Below, piece after piece: positions 29,672-38,508 of a stretch of 64,000 nt of DNA. Source of the DNA: Acidimicrobiia bacterium (GTDB lineage Bacteria; Actinomycetota; Acidimicrobiia; IMCC26256; JAGNEX01); the NCBI GenBank assembly GCA_020637365.1, contig JACJWE010000001.1, positions 47,605-111,604 of the forward strand. The letters are read 5' to 3'. A program made the translations under genes and the position numbers. The notes under the pieces were generated by a model. The model was not told where the DNA came from. It saw only the letters and a list, made by a program, of their open reading frames with translations, and searched no databases. The first letter of the stretch is position 1, and each line of letters begins with the position of its first letter.

Positions 29672-31816
29672 ATGCCTGAACCCGTCAGCAACGTTCCCCC
29701 TCGAACGCTCCGAGCGATCAGCGAGATCCCCTTGTCGCGGCTTCACGGTGTTGGCCCCGCGATGCTCGATCGACTGGCTCTGCTCGGTATCGCAAACATT
29801 GGCGACCTGGTCACCTATTACCCGCGGCGCTGGGTCGACCGCAGTAAGCAGCAGCCGATTGAGCACACACAAGCAGATGACGAGGTCACGATCGTCGGCG
29901 ATGTGACCTCGATCCGGTCGTCACGCACCCGACAACGACGGGCGATGGTGCAGGCCACCGTTTCTGACGGTACCGGATCGCTCGCGGTGACATTTTTCAA
30001 CCAGGCATGGCGTGCTCGCCAGCTGTCGGTGGGTACCCAGGTTGCGCTGTTTGGAAAGGTCGGGGTGTTTCGGGGGCGACGTCAGATGACCAACCCCACC
30101 GTCGACGTCCTCGGGACGACGGCTGAGAGGCGGACAGGCGTGGTGGTGCCGCTGTATCCTACCAGCGAGAAGGCCGATCTCGGGAGTGGTCAACTCTCGC
30201 GGCTGATTCGGTCGGCGCTGCACCGGATCGTTGAGTTTGCCGATCCGGTGCCCGCAGCCTTTCGCAAGCAACACGGGCTGCCCGATCGCACCTGGGCGAT
30301 GAATGCGATCCACGCTCCCAGCTCGTTGGCGGACGCATATCGTGCTCGCCGACGCTTGGCCCTCGACGAGTTTCTGCGCATGCAGGTGGCGTTGGTCTCG
30401 CGGCGGCGATACTACGAGGCGCATACCGTCGGGGTTGTCTGCGATGTTGACGCCGGTCTGGTCGGGTCGATGTTGGAGCGCACCGGATTTTCGCTCACTG
30501 CCGATCAGTCCGCCGCAATCGATGCCATACATGCCGATATGGCCAGCACCGTTCCCATGGGACGCCTGCTCCAGGGCGATGTTGGGTCGGGCAAAACGGT
30601 GGTTGCGGTCGCGGCAATGCTTCGGGCGATCGAGTCTGGCCACCAGGCAATTCTGATGGCTCCGACCGAGGTGCTGGCCGAACAGCACGCTCGCGGGATC
30701 GCGTCCCTCCTCGAAGGGGTGATGCTCGAGACCGCCGACAACCTGTTGGGGGAGCGGCCGCTTCGCCTCGCCTTGTTGACCAATCAGACGCCGGCTTCTG
30801 AACGCAAGGCCTTGAACGCCGCACTCGGCAGGGGCGAGATCGATCTGGTCGTCGGCACCCATGCGCTGTTGTTTGGTGACTGGGACTATCGGTCGCTCGG
30901 ACTCGTCGTCGTCGACGAACAACATCGCTTTGGGGTCGAGCAGCGGGCAGCGTTGAGCTCCCGGGCAGTGCCACCTCATCAGTTGGTGATGACGGCAACG
31001 CCGATTCCGCGGACCGCGGCGATGCTGATCTACGGCGACTTGGACCGCTCCGAGCTTCGGCAGATGCCTCCCGGGCGTACTCCGATAGCGACCAGATTAG
31101 TAGCGAGTGACGATGTCGGTGATGACGCGGTCGCTCAACTGGTCAGATCGGCGGTTGCCGACGGGCACCAGGCCTACGTCGTGTGTCCACTGGTCTCGCC
31201 GTCGGACAACATCGAAGCCCGCGATGCAACCACCACCTACGAAAACCTCCGCTCGGGTCCGCTCACAGGGCTTTCGGTCGGTCTGCTGCACGGCCAGATG
31301 TCGCCCGGTGACAAAGCATCAGCTATGGACGGGTTTCGTACCGGTGAGATCGAGGTGTTGGTTTCAACGACCGTCATCGAAGTCGGTGTGGACGTCCCCA
31401 ACGCCACCGTGATGGTGATTTATGACGCGGACCGGTTTGGTCTCTCACAACTTCATCAGTTGCGGGGCCGCGTCGGTCGTGGGCAACACAGCTCGACGTG
31501 TCTGCTCGTGGCATCACCGCAGACCACCACAGGAGACAAACGACTCCAAGCCATGGTCGACTCATCTGACGGATTCGCACTTGCCGAGATCGACCTGGAG
31601 ATTCGTGGCGCCGGTGAAGTGTTCGGCGAGCGCCAGGCCGGAATCAGCGATCTGAAACTCGGTCGGATTCCGCGAGACGCGGCACTTGTCGACCTGGCGC
31701 GAGGACTGGCCGAAGAGATTGTCGGGTCGGAAACGGGCGAGGTGGGCAGCCCTCAAATTTTCGAAGAAATCACCGACCTGCTCGGTTCAGATCAAGACTT
31801 CTTGTACAAGGCCTAG
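29672..31816 (+). CDS. recG: ATP-dependent DNA helicase RecG
   Basis: Wedge/OB N-domain, then helicase motifs RLLQGDVGSGKT, VVDEQHRFGV, MTATPIPRT, QLHQLRGRVGRG, and the TRG-like C-terminus. Confidence 0.93.
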   Translation: MPEPVSNVPPRTLRAISEIPLSRLHGVGPAMLDRLALLGIANIGDLVTYYPRRWVDRSKQQPIEHTQADDEVTIVGDVTSIRSSRTRQRRAMVQATVSDGTGSLAVTFFNQAWRARQLSVGTQVALFGKVGVFRGRRQMTNPTVDVLGTTAERRTGVVVPLYPTSEKADLGSGQLSRLIRSALHRIVEFADPVPAAFRKQHGLPDRTWAMNAIHAPSSLADAYRARRRLALDEFLRMQVALVSRRRYYEAHTVGVVCDVDAGLVGSMLERTGFSLTADQSAAIDAIHADMASTVPMGRLLQGDVGSGKTVVAVAAMLRAIESGHQAILMAPTEVLAEQHARGIASLLEGVMLETADNLLGERPLRLALLTNQTPASERKALNAALGRGEIDLVVGTHALLFGDWDYRSLGLVVVDEQHRFGVEQRAALSSRAVPPHQLVMTATPIPRTAAMLIYGDLDRSELRQMPPGRTPIATRLVASDDVGDDAVAQLVRSAVADGHQAYVVCPLVSPSDNIEARDATTTYENLRSGPLTGLSVGLLHGQMSPGDKASAMDGFRTGEIEVLVSTTVIEVGVDVPNATVMVIYDADRFGLSQLHQLRGRVGRGQHSSTCLLVASPQTTTGDKRLQAMVDSSDGFALAEIDLEIRGAGEVFGERQAGISDLKLGRIPRDAALVDLARGLAEEIVGSETGEVGSPQIFEEITDLLGSDQDFLYKA

Positions 31817-31849
31817 ACACTCCTGGGGTGTCTAGGCGGGGTGTCTAGG
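31811..31849. repeat. Hairpin overlapping the recG stop plus a 13-bp direct repeat (CTAG-rich)
   Basis: cctagacac / gtgtctagg forms a 9-bp stem around loop tcctgggg. ggggtgtctagg occurs twice (31825..31836 and 31838..31849). TAG at 31814, 31833 and 31846 covers all three frames. Confidence 0.8.
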
Positions 31850-31890
31850 GTCCTGGAAGGCTGTTCAGCGTTCTCACCTGCCGGGACGCT

Positions 31891-31923
31891 GGGTTTCCGG
31901 GTTTCCGGGTTTCCGGGGTTTCA
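31891..31923. repeat. 8-bp tandem repeat x3 plus a variant copy, overlapping the gpx stop codon
   Basis: gggtttcc x3, then ggggtttca. The minus-strand stop of gpx (tca at 31921..31923) lies inside the last unit. Confidence 0.9.
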
Positions 31924-32412
31924 GGACCCTGCGAGCGCCTCGGTGATGTGGGCGATGATCGAGTCGTCTTCTGGTTCGGTTGTCGGATCAAAACGCGCCA
32001 GCACCGAGCCGTCTCGGTCCACGAGGAACTTTTCGAAGTTCCAGCGGATATCGCCGACGTAGCCGGTTTCATCGGGATAGTGGTTCAGTTCTTCGTACAG
32101 GGGATGTCGGTCGTCGCCGTTGACATCGATCTTTTCGAACACCGGAAAGGTCACGCCGTAGTTCGTGGTACAGAAGTCGGCGATTTCCTCGGGGGAACCC
32201 GGTTCTTGACCTGCGAACTGGTTGCATGGGAACGCCAATACCGAAAAACCGTCGTCAGCGAAGCGCTGCTGCAAGTTCTGCAAAGCATCGTACTGAGGCG
32301 TCAAACCGCACTTTGAAGCAACATTGACGATCAGGGTCACCTGACCGGCGAAACGCCCAAGGTCGCCAGCCGAACCATCGAGGGCATCAATCGTGTGGTC
32401 GTAGATGGACAT
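31921..32412 (-). CDS. Glutathione peroxidase (Cys-type)
   Basis: LIVNVASKCGLTPQY...LAFPCNQFAGQEPG...WNFEKFLVDRDG are GPx family signatures. Confidence 0.92.
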   Translation of the reverse strand: MSIYDHTIDALDGSAGDLGRFAGQVTLIVNVASKCGLTPQYDALQNLQQRFADDGFSVLAFPCNQFAGQEPGSPEEIADFCTTNYGVTFPVFEKIDVNGDDRHPLYEELNHYPDETGYVGDIRWNFEKFLVDRDGSVLARFDPTTEPEDDSIIAHITEALAGS

Positions 32413-32656
32413 GTGAGCTCCCAGGGCGAGGCGACGTGGGCTTCAGGGTATCTGGCTCGCCGTTGAGGCGTGGACGCGCCTCGACTTCCTCACCCACCGC
32501 GGCGGACCAAATTCTTCCCGTGTTCGATCTGTTGTCGTTGACGCCGAGCGGTGCTGAGTCGTGAGGGTTTACGGGTCTTCCTGACTGGAATATGTGGCGC
32601 TGTGCTGGGAAGATTCCCGGCGCGGGCGAGGCGAGGTTCCAACACAAGCGTCACAT

Positions 32657-33427
32657 ATGAATCCATCGATCGGTGCCGCGTGGCGGTCCCGTATTGCGCT
32701 ACTGGTCTCAGCGACGGCTCTGGCTATGGCCGTTGCACTGTCCGCGTGTTCGTCGGATGACCAAGTCACGACGTCGTCACCACGATCGACGACGACCGCT
32801 GCGCCGCGGAGCGCGACAACCGTTCAGCAACCCGCACCGTCGACGACTTCTACCTTGGCTGCTGCGGGGACAAGCACGTCCGCTGGTGTCGAGGCGTCGT
32901 CAACGTCGACCGCGAACTCGTCGAGTGCGCCAAATTCGACCGCATCGAAGCCCTCCGTTCCCGTGCAAGCCAGTGGACTTGCTGGCGTCTGGGAGATCTC
33001 CAGCATGAAGCAGGAGAAGGTCGGCGCCGATCCGGCGAACTTGTCCTTTACCGAGGTTGGCGAGGTGGTGCTCGAGTACGGATGTAGCAAGAGTGTCGCC
33101 AGCTACTTCGAGCTCGACGACGGCACCCTCATGATCGATACGTTCGTGTCGGTCGAGTCCTGTAGCGACACCGAGGCCAGCGACGCGGTGGAGTCGGCGT
33201 TACTCGAGACCGACCGATTTGACGAGTCCGGTGAAGTCGGGTCCCTCTATGTCGGTTCCGAGGAATACTTCGCACTGATCAGAGTTTCCGCCGATGCAAC
33301 TGTTGTAGATAACGGGGATTCCTCGGCGCCCGGTGCCGACCCTGACGCTGTCGGAGCTGACACCGATGTGGGCGCCGGGGATGTCTCTGTCGGCGCAGAT
33401 GTGGACGCATTCGGCGAGACGCCCTAG
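32657..33427 (+). CDS. Lipoprotein with Ser/Thr/Ala-rich linker and META (HslJ-like) domain
   Basis: Signal peptide with lipobox (ALAMAVALSAC), a low-complexity linker, then LAGVWEISSM...LSFTEVGEVVLEYGCSKSVASYFELDDGTLMIDTFVSVESC, which is META-domain-like. Confidence 0.65.
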   Translation: MNPSIGAAWRSRIALLVSATALAMAVALSACSSDDQVTTSSPRSTTTAAPRSATTVQQPAPSTTSTLAAAGTSTSAGVEASSTSTANSSSAPNSTASKPSVPVQASGLAGVWEISSMKQEKVGADPANLSFTEVGEVVLEYGCSKSVASYFELDDGTLMIDTFVSVESCSDTEASDAVESALLETDRFDESGEVGSLYVGSEEYFALIRVSADATVVDNGDSSAPGADPDAVGADTDVGAGDVSVGADVDAFGETP

Positions 33428-33697
33428 GTTCACCGAGCCCAAGGCATCAGCCGTGATCCCAGCACCGGTTGGACCGGTCGCTGCGTGTGGCTCTGGCGTC
33501 GCTCGCAGCGCGATGAGCGGCCAGCCGCCACCGGATTCGAGATGTTGCGGCGCTCACGCCATCATCTGAGTCCCGTCGGAAGAGTCGTCCGCTTGGGTGT
33601 ACGACACCCACATGGCCGCTCAAGCACTACATCAGCCGCATGCCGGGGAACGGCTCGGTGAACAAACACGGTCGAGCAACACGGAGGAGAGTTGCCC

Positions 33698-34294
33698 ATG
33701 GCGCGGACCAAAACCGGGGTGCGGGTCATCGCCGGAACCGCCGGAGGGCGGCGACTAGTGGTGCCGGGAGGCACGACCGTTCGACCGATGACCGATCGGA
33801 TGAAGGAGTCGGTCTTTTCGCGTTTGGGTCCTATCCCTCTGCCTGACCGGACGGCTCTGGATCTGTTTGCAGGGAGTGGTTCGCTCGGTCTGGAGGCGCT
33901 ATCGCGAGGGGTGGAACACGTCACGTTTGTCGAGCGCGACCCACGCCTGGTCGAAGCGATCAAAACTAATGTCGCGAGCTGCGGGTTTGACCGTAGGGCA
34001 GACGTTCGTTTCGACACCGTCGAGCGGATCGCTCGACAGCCTGCCATGGCGAGTTTCGACCTGGTCTTTGCCGATCCTCCATACCCGATGGCCGATGACG
34101 CTGTCACCGCGATTCTGGGTGACCTGGTCGCCAACGGTTGGGTCCATGACCACACGTTGCTCATTACGCACCGTCAAAGTGACGAAACGGCCGTCCTGGG
34201 CAGCCACTGGTCGTCATCGGGCGTGCATGGGTTCGGCAGTGGGTTCGTCATCCTGGCTACGGTTGCATCGCCCCACGATCAAAACCCTGGTTAG
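33698..34294 (+). CDS. rsmD: 16S rRNA (guanine966-N2)-methyltransferase
   Basis: RVIAGTAGGRRL..P.G..VRPMTDRMKESVFS, LDLFAGSGSLGLEALSRG and FADPPY. GGAGGAGA lies 7 nt before ATG 33698. Confidence 0.88.
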   Translation: MARTKTGVRVIAGTAGGRRLVVPGGTTVRPMTDRMKESVFSRLGPIPLPDRTALDLFAGSGSLGLEALSRGVEHVTFVERDPRLVEAIKTNVASCGFDRRADVRFDTVERIARQPAMASFDLVFADPPYPMADDAVTAILGDLVANGWVHDHTLLITHRQSDETAVLGSHWSSSGVHGFGSGFVILATVASPHDQNPG

Positions 34295-34333
34295 GGAGCG
34301 ATCTCTAGCCCACCGAAGGAAGGTCCAAAGAGG

Positions 34334-34834
34334 GTGGCAACTGCGCTATGTCCAGGATCATTCGATCCGGTAACGATGGGTCATCTCGACATCATCAATC
34401 GAGCCTCACAATATTTTGACCGCCTCATCGTCGCGACGATCCGCAACCCGCAGAAGTCAAAGGCTTTGTTTGATCTCGATGAACGCCAGGAGATGCTCGC
34501 CGAAGTGACGGCGCATCTTCCCAACGTCGAAGTTGAGTCATTCGCGGGGCTGCTCGTCGACTTCGCTCGTGACCGGGGTGCCGATGCCATCGTCAAGGGG
34601 CTGCGAGCGGTATCAGACTTTGAGTACGAACTACAGATGGCGCAGATGAATCAGAAATTGAGCGGTATCGACACCTTTTTTCTGACCACGGCACCTCGCT
34701 ACTCGTTCTTATCGTCCTCGTTGGTGCGCGAGGTTGCGCGGTTTGGGGGGGATGTCCGCTCGATGGTTCCCCCCGAGGTCTATGGTCGTCTTGCGCAGCG
34801 CTATAGGAGTCTTCCACCGTTGGCGGATGTATAA
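34334..34834 (+). CDS. coaD: Pantetheine-phosphate adenylyltransferase
   Basis: ALCPGSFDPVTMGHLDIINRA...KGLRAVSDFEYELQMA...SSSLVRE. GTG start. Confidence 0.93.
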   Translation: MATALCPGSFDPVTMGHLDIINRASQYFDRLIVATIRNPQKSKALFDLDERQEMLAEVTAHLPNVEVESFAGLLVDFARDRGADAIVKGLRAVSDFEYELQMAQMNQKLSGIDTFFLTTAPRYSFLSSSLVREVARFGGDVRSMVPPEVYGRLAQRYRSLPPLADV

Positions 34835-35005
34835 GAACGAACTGATTCACAAGGCAAACAGTCGCATCACCCCACCAGCGGCGACGCAATAAGACGAACG
34901 AGGACGCTGACCAACGGAGGTGTGATTTCCCACCGACCCGCAGGTTCTGCGTTCGGCGTCGACGGCCGGTGGCCGGAGATCGCTAACAATCTTGGAGCAC
35001 TGTTT

Positions 35006-35683
35006 ATGTCGACAGCTCAGGAACTCGAGCAGTTACTCACACGATTGCGGGCACTGGTCGCCGACGCGCGTCCGGTCCCCCTGTCCACCTCGGTCATCAT
35101 CCATCGAGACGAAGCGATGGACCTGATCGATACGGCCATCGAGATGCTGCCCGACGACCTCAAGCGGGCGAGACGAATCATCAATGAACGCGATCAGGTG
35201 ATCGGCGAGGGTGAACACGAGGCGCAGCAGCTCATCGAACAGGCACGCGCTCGTGTCGAACAGCTCGTCTCCAGGACCGAGATCGTCCGCGAAGCTCGCA
35301 GGGTCGCCGACCAGATGGTCGCCGACGCGGAACAACGATCTCGTCAAATGCAGCACGAAACCGAGGATTACGTCGACCAAAAACTCGCGTCGTTTGAGAT
35401 CGTCCTGGAGCGGACGCTGCGAACCGTTCACAAGGGGCGATCCCAGTTGCAGCCTCAGGTTGAGGATTCCGGAAGCCTGAACACCCTTGCACCCGACGGT
35501 ACTGGTGAAATTGCAGGAACCTACGACGAGTTGGCTGAGCTTGGGGACGACTACGAACAGTCGTACGAACCAGCCCCCGGTGGGTATGCCGAGGACTATG
35601 AATACCTCGACGATTCGGCCGCGTACCCCTCCGACGAATTCGAAGAGACTCCTCGACGTCAACGTCGCCGTCGTCCTCGCTAA
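35006..35683 (+). CDS. DivIVA-like coiled-coil protein, SepIVA (Rv2927c)-like by sequence and position
   Basis: ELEQLLTRLRALVADARPVPLSTSVIIHRDEAMDLIDTAIEMLPDDL, long coiled coil, and EDYVDQKLASFEIVLERTLRTVHKGRSQLQ resemble my recollection of mycobacterial SepIVA. It sits immediately upstream of yceD-rpmF-rnc, as in mycobacteria. The C-terminal tail is acidic and Tyr-rich. Confidence 0.55.
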   Translation: MSTAQELEQLLTRLRALVADARPVPLSTSVIIHRDEAMDLIDTAIEMLPDDLKRARRIINERDQVIGEGEHEAQQLIEQARARVEQLVSRTEIVREARRVADQMVADAEQRSRQMQHETEDYVDQKLASFEIVLERTLRTVHKGRSQLQPQVEDSGSLNTLAPDGTGEIAGTYDELAELGDDYEQSYEPAPGGYAEDYEYLDDSAAYPSDEFEETPRRQRRRRPR

Positions 35684-35804
35684 GTTACGACGGTCCGGCC
35701 AGCAGTGGGGAGCGTCGGGCCCCTGGAGGTCGGCGAGTGTCCTGATAGTGTCCCGCTCATTCCGGCGTGAAACCTGTATTTAGCCGACCGATCGGGGAGG
35801 TCTG

Positions 35805-36320
35805 ATGCAACCATCCGTTGGTCCGTTTGTCGTCGACACCCGTCGAGCACAACGAAATGTCGGGCACCCCGAACCATTCCAGGTTGCTGGTTCGCTGGAG
35901 GTCGAAGGCGATCCGGGTGTGATGCCCGACCCCGAGACGCCCGTTGTTGTGGTCGGAACCCTGCAATCGTTATCCGATGGCAGCATCGTCGTGCGCGCCG
36001 ATGCCAAGGGTGCCTGGGTCGGGCAGTGCCGACGCTGTCTTCGCCAGCTGTCTGAACCCCTCGATGTTCAGCTCAATGAGGTGTTTGAGGCCGAGCCGGA
36101 AGAAGGTGAGACCTATCAACTCGGTGATCACTCGATCGATCTCGAACAGGCCGTGCGCGACAACTTCATCCTCGATATGCCGTTGTTGGCCTTGTGCGCT
36201 CAGGACTGTGAAGGTATCTGCGCAGTCTGCGGCGCCGACCGAAATGACGCGCTTTGTCACTGCGCCGCCGAGCAGACCGATCCCCGTTGGGACGCTCTCA
36301 ACGATTTGGACTTCAGCTAG
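35805..36320 (+). CDS. yceD: YceD/DUF177 family protein
   Basis: CRRCLRQLSEPLDVQLNEVFE...LCAQDCEGICAVCGADRN...CHC is the typical DUF177 Cys pattern, upstream of rpmF. Confidence 0.85.
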   Translation: MQPSVGPFVVDTRRAQRNVGHPEPFQVAGSLEVEGDPGVMPDPETPVVVVGTLQSLSDGSIVVRADAKGAWVGQCRRCLRQLSEPLDVQLNEVFEAEPEEGETYQLGDHSIDLEQAVRDNFILDMPLLALCAQDCEGICAVCGADRNDALCHCAAEQTDPRWDALNDLDFS

Positions 36321-36678
36321 TTGGGCGGTGTTAAACGTCGGTGTGCGGATCGGCGATGCCGGGACGTCGAGACGTGCGCCACGCGTGTGACACCACACCT
36401 AAGGCCGCACAGTTCAGCGATCCGACTGGTCGGAGGTCTCGCTGATGGGCCGATGTGGCCCACAACGAAAGCTGCGTGAGCGAGCAAAATGCGTGTCCAG
36501 GCATCCGACCCAGGTCGGTCGCTGCCCATCTGTCCGAGGGTGGTGTGTCGACTCCGACAAGCCTGCCTGCTTCGTCGTGTTGTACCATCCAACGCTTGCT
36601 CTGTGGCCGCTGCCGATTTATCGGAGCCGCCCAAGAACCCGAGTCATAGGGCCGGGTGAACCCAATCGAGGATCAACG

Positions 36679-36858
36679 ATGGCTGTTCCAAAGCGAAAGA
36701 CGCCTCAATCTAAGTCCCGCACTCGCCGCGCCGAAGCGTGGAAGCTGCGTCGCCCTTCGGCGTCTACGTGCCCGCGGTGCGGTTCGACTAAGCGTCCCCA
36801 CACGGTGTGCAAGGAATGTGGCTGGTACGCCGGCCGCGAAGCCGTACGCGTTGACTGA
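36679..36858 (+). CDS. rpmF: 50S ribosomal protein L32
   Basis: MAVPKRKTPQSKSRTRRAEAWKL...CPRCGSTKRPHTVCKECGWY is canonical L32. Confidence 0.93.
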   Translation: MAVPKRKTPQSKSRTRRAEAWKLRRPSASTCPRCGSTKRPHTVCKECGWYAGREAVRVD

Positions 36859-37624
36859 TTCGAGTCCTTCGGATCTTCCCGCCGACACGAACGCCGCCGA
36901 CGTGGGGACGGACCCCACCGGATCAGTCGCCACCGAGGTCGAGCGCGCTCTGGGGTATCGGTTCAACAATCCTGCCCTGCTCGAAACCGCGTTCACGCAC
37001 CGTTCGTATTGCGCTGAGCATCCCCAAGTGGAGTCCAATGAGCGGCTCGAGTTTCTGGGGGATTCCGTTCTTGGCTTGGCGATCACCCTCGAGCTGTATG
37101 CACGGTTTCCCGACCGCCCCGAAGGGTCGCTCGCCAAGATGCGGGCGTCCATCGTCAACGCTGAATCGTTAGCTGCGTGGGGCGATCGACTCGGTATCGG
37201 CGCAGCGTTGCGGCTCGGTCGCGGTGAGGAACGGTCGGGCGGGCGTCTCAAAGAGTCGATCATCTCTGACGCCGTTGAAGCGGTAATCGGTGCTATGTAT
37301 CTAGACGGCGGATTTCAACCGGCGCGTACGTTCGTTCTTCAGGGGCTCAGCGAACAGGTGCACGAGGCCGGACAAGGTCCGGGAGCCCACGACTACAAGA
37401 CCAGATTGCAGGAACTGGCCGCTCGCGAATGGGGGGCCGTACCCGAATATCGGGTCAAAGGATCGGGACCAGACCACGAACGCCATTATGTCGCCACCGT
37501 CGACGTTGCTGGGCTTCTCTCGGGCACTGGCACCGGACCCTCAAAGAAGCGGGCCCAACAGCGTGCGGCGGCGCAAGCCTGCCGTCACTACCGAGACCTC
37601 GCCGACTCAGGCGAGTTCGCATAA
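36851..37624 (+). CDS. rnc: Ribonuclease III
   Basis: RNase III signature ERLEFLGDSVLGLAI plus a dsRBD (DYKTRLQELAA...GPDHERHYVATV). The start is uncertain (TTG 36851 overlapping the rpmF stop, or GTG 36902). Confidence 0.88.
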   Translation: MTDSSPSDLPADTNAADVGTDPTGSVATEVERALGYRFNNPALLETAFTHRSYCAEHPQVESNERLEFLGDSVLGLAITLELYARFPDRPEGSLAKMRASIVNAESLAAWGDRLGIGAALRLGRGEERSGGRLKESIISDAVEAVIGAMYLDGGFQPARTFVLQGLSEQVHEAGQGPGAHDYKTRLQELAAREWGAVPEYRVKGSGPDHERHYVATVDVAGLLSGTGTGPSKKRAQQRAAAQACRHYRDLADSGEFA

Positions 37625-37653
37625 CACCTGATCGAACTGAAAGAGGCAGCTGA

Positions 37654-38487
37654 ATGCCTGAATTGCCTGAAGTCGAAGTGCTGAGGCGTGACCTGGACAA
37701 AGAGACGTCTGGGAAGAAGATCAAGTCGGTGGAGGTCTTTGACGAGCGCTCAATTAAGCGCAATGCCAACGTCAAAGCGTTCGTCAACGCGCTCGAAGGC
37801 AAGAAGATCACCTCGGTGAGTCGGACGGGTAAATGGCTCGACCTGGCACTCGACAAAACCGATCACCTCGTCATTCACCTAGGTATGTCGGGGCAGTTGC
37901 TCAAGGCGACACCCAAAAGCGAGGATCCAGATCACCTGAAGGTCCGCCTGAGCTTCACTCAGGGCGGTGCCCTGCTCTTTATTGACCCTCGGATCTTCGG
38001 CGAGATGGCAGTGCTCAGCGGCGAAGAGTTCGCCGCGACCGAGGACATCCAAGACCTCGGGCTTGACGCGTTGGATCAGCAGATCTCATGGGCCGAGTTC
38101 GGCCGGATGTTGATGAGTCGCCGGACCAAGCTGAAGAGCTTGTTGATGGATCAGAAGTTCATCGCTGGCCTTGGCAACATCTATTCAGACGAAGTCTTGT
38201 TCAATGCGGGTCTGATGCATGACCGTGTCTCCAACAGCCTCTCGGCCCAAGAAGTGCGACGCCTGTATCGCGCCGTCATCGAAGTGCTTCAAGAAGCCGT
38301 GAAGTACCGAGGATCAACATTGAGCGACGGCGGTTATGTCGATCTGTTTGGCAAACCTGGTGACTACCGCCAGTATCACAAGGTCTATGACCGGGAAGGC
38401 GAAGCCTGTCGGCGGTGCCGGCGACCGGTCGTCAAGGCCAAGATCTCTGGACGTTCGACGTACTATTGCGAGGCCTGCCAGGTTTAG
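37654..38487 (+). CDS. mutM: Formamidopyrimidine-DNA glycosylase
   Basis: MPELPEVEV N-terminus, H2TH region and a C-terminal zinc finger CRRCRRPV...YYCEACQ. Confidence 0.92.
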   Translation: MPELPEVEVLRRDLDKETSGKKIKSVEVFDERSIKRNANVKAFVNALEGKKITSVSRTGKWLDLALDKTDHLVIHLGMSGQLLKATPKSEDPDHLKVRLSFTQGGALLFIDPRIFGEMAVLSGEEFAATEDIQDLGLDALDQQISWAEFGRMLMSRRTKLKSLLMDQKFIAGLGNIYSDEVLFNAGLMHDRVSNSLSAQEVRRLYRAVIEVLQEAVKYRGSTLSDGGYVDLFGKPGDYRQYHKVYDREGEACRRCRRPVVKAKISGRSTYYCEACQV

Positions 38488-38508
38488 CTGGCCGGTCCCG
38501 GAGGCCAG

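Noticed and set aside
29921-30979. 352-aa minus-strand ORF.
   Set aside because: It is antisense to recG, Arg/Pro/Gly-rich, and a shadow ORF.
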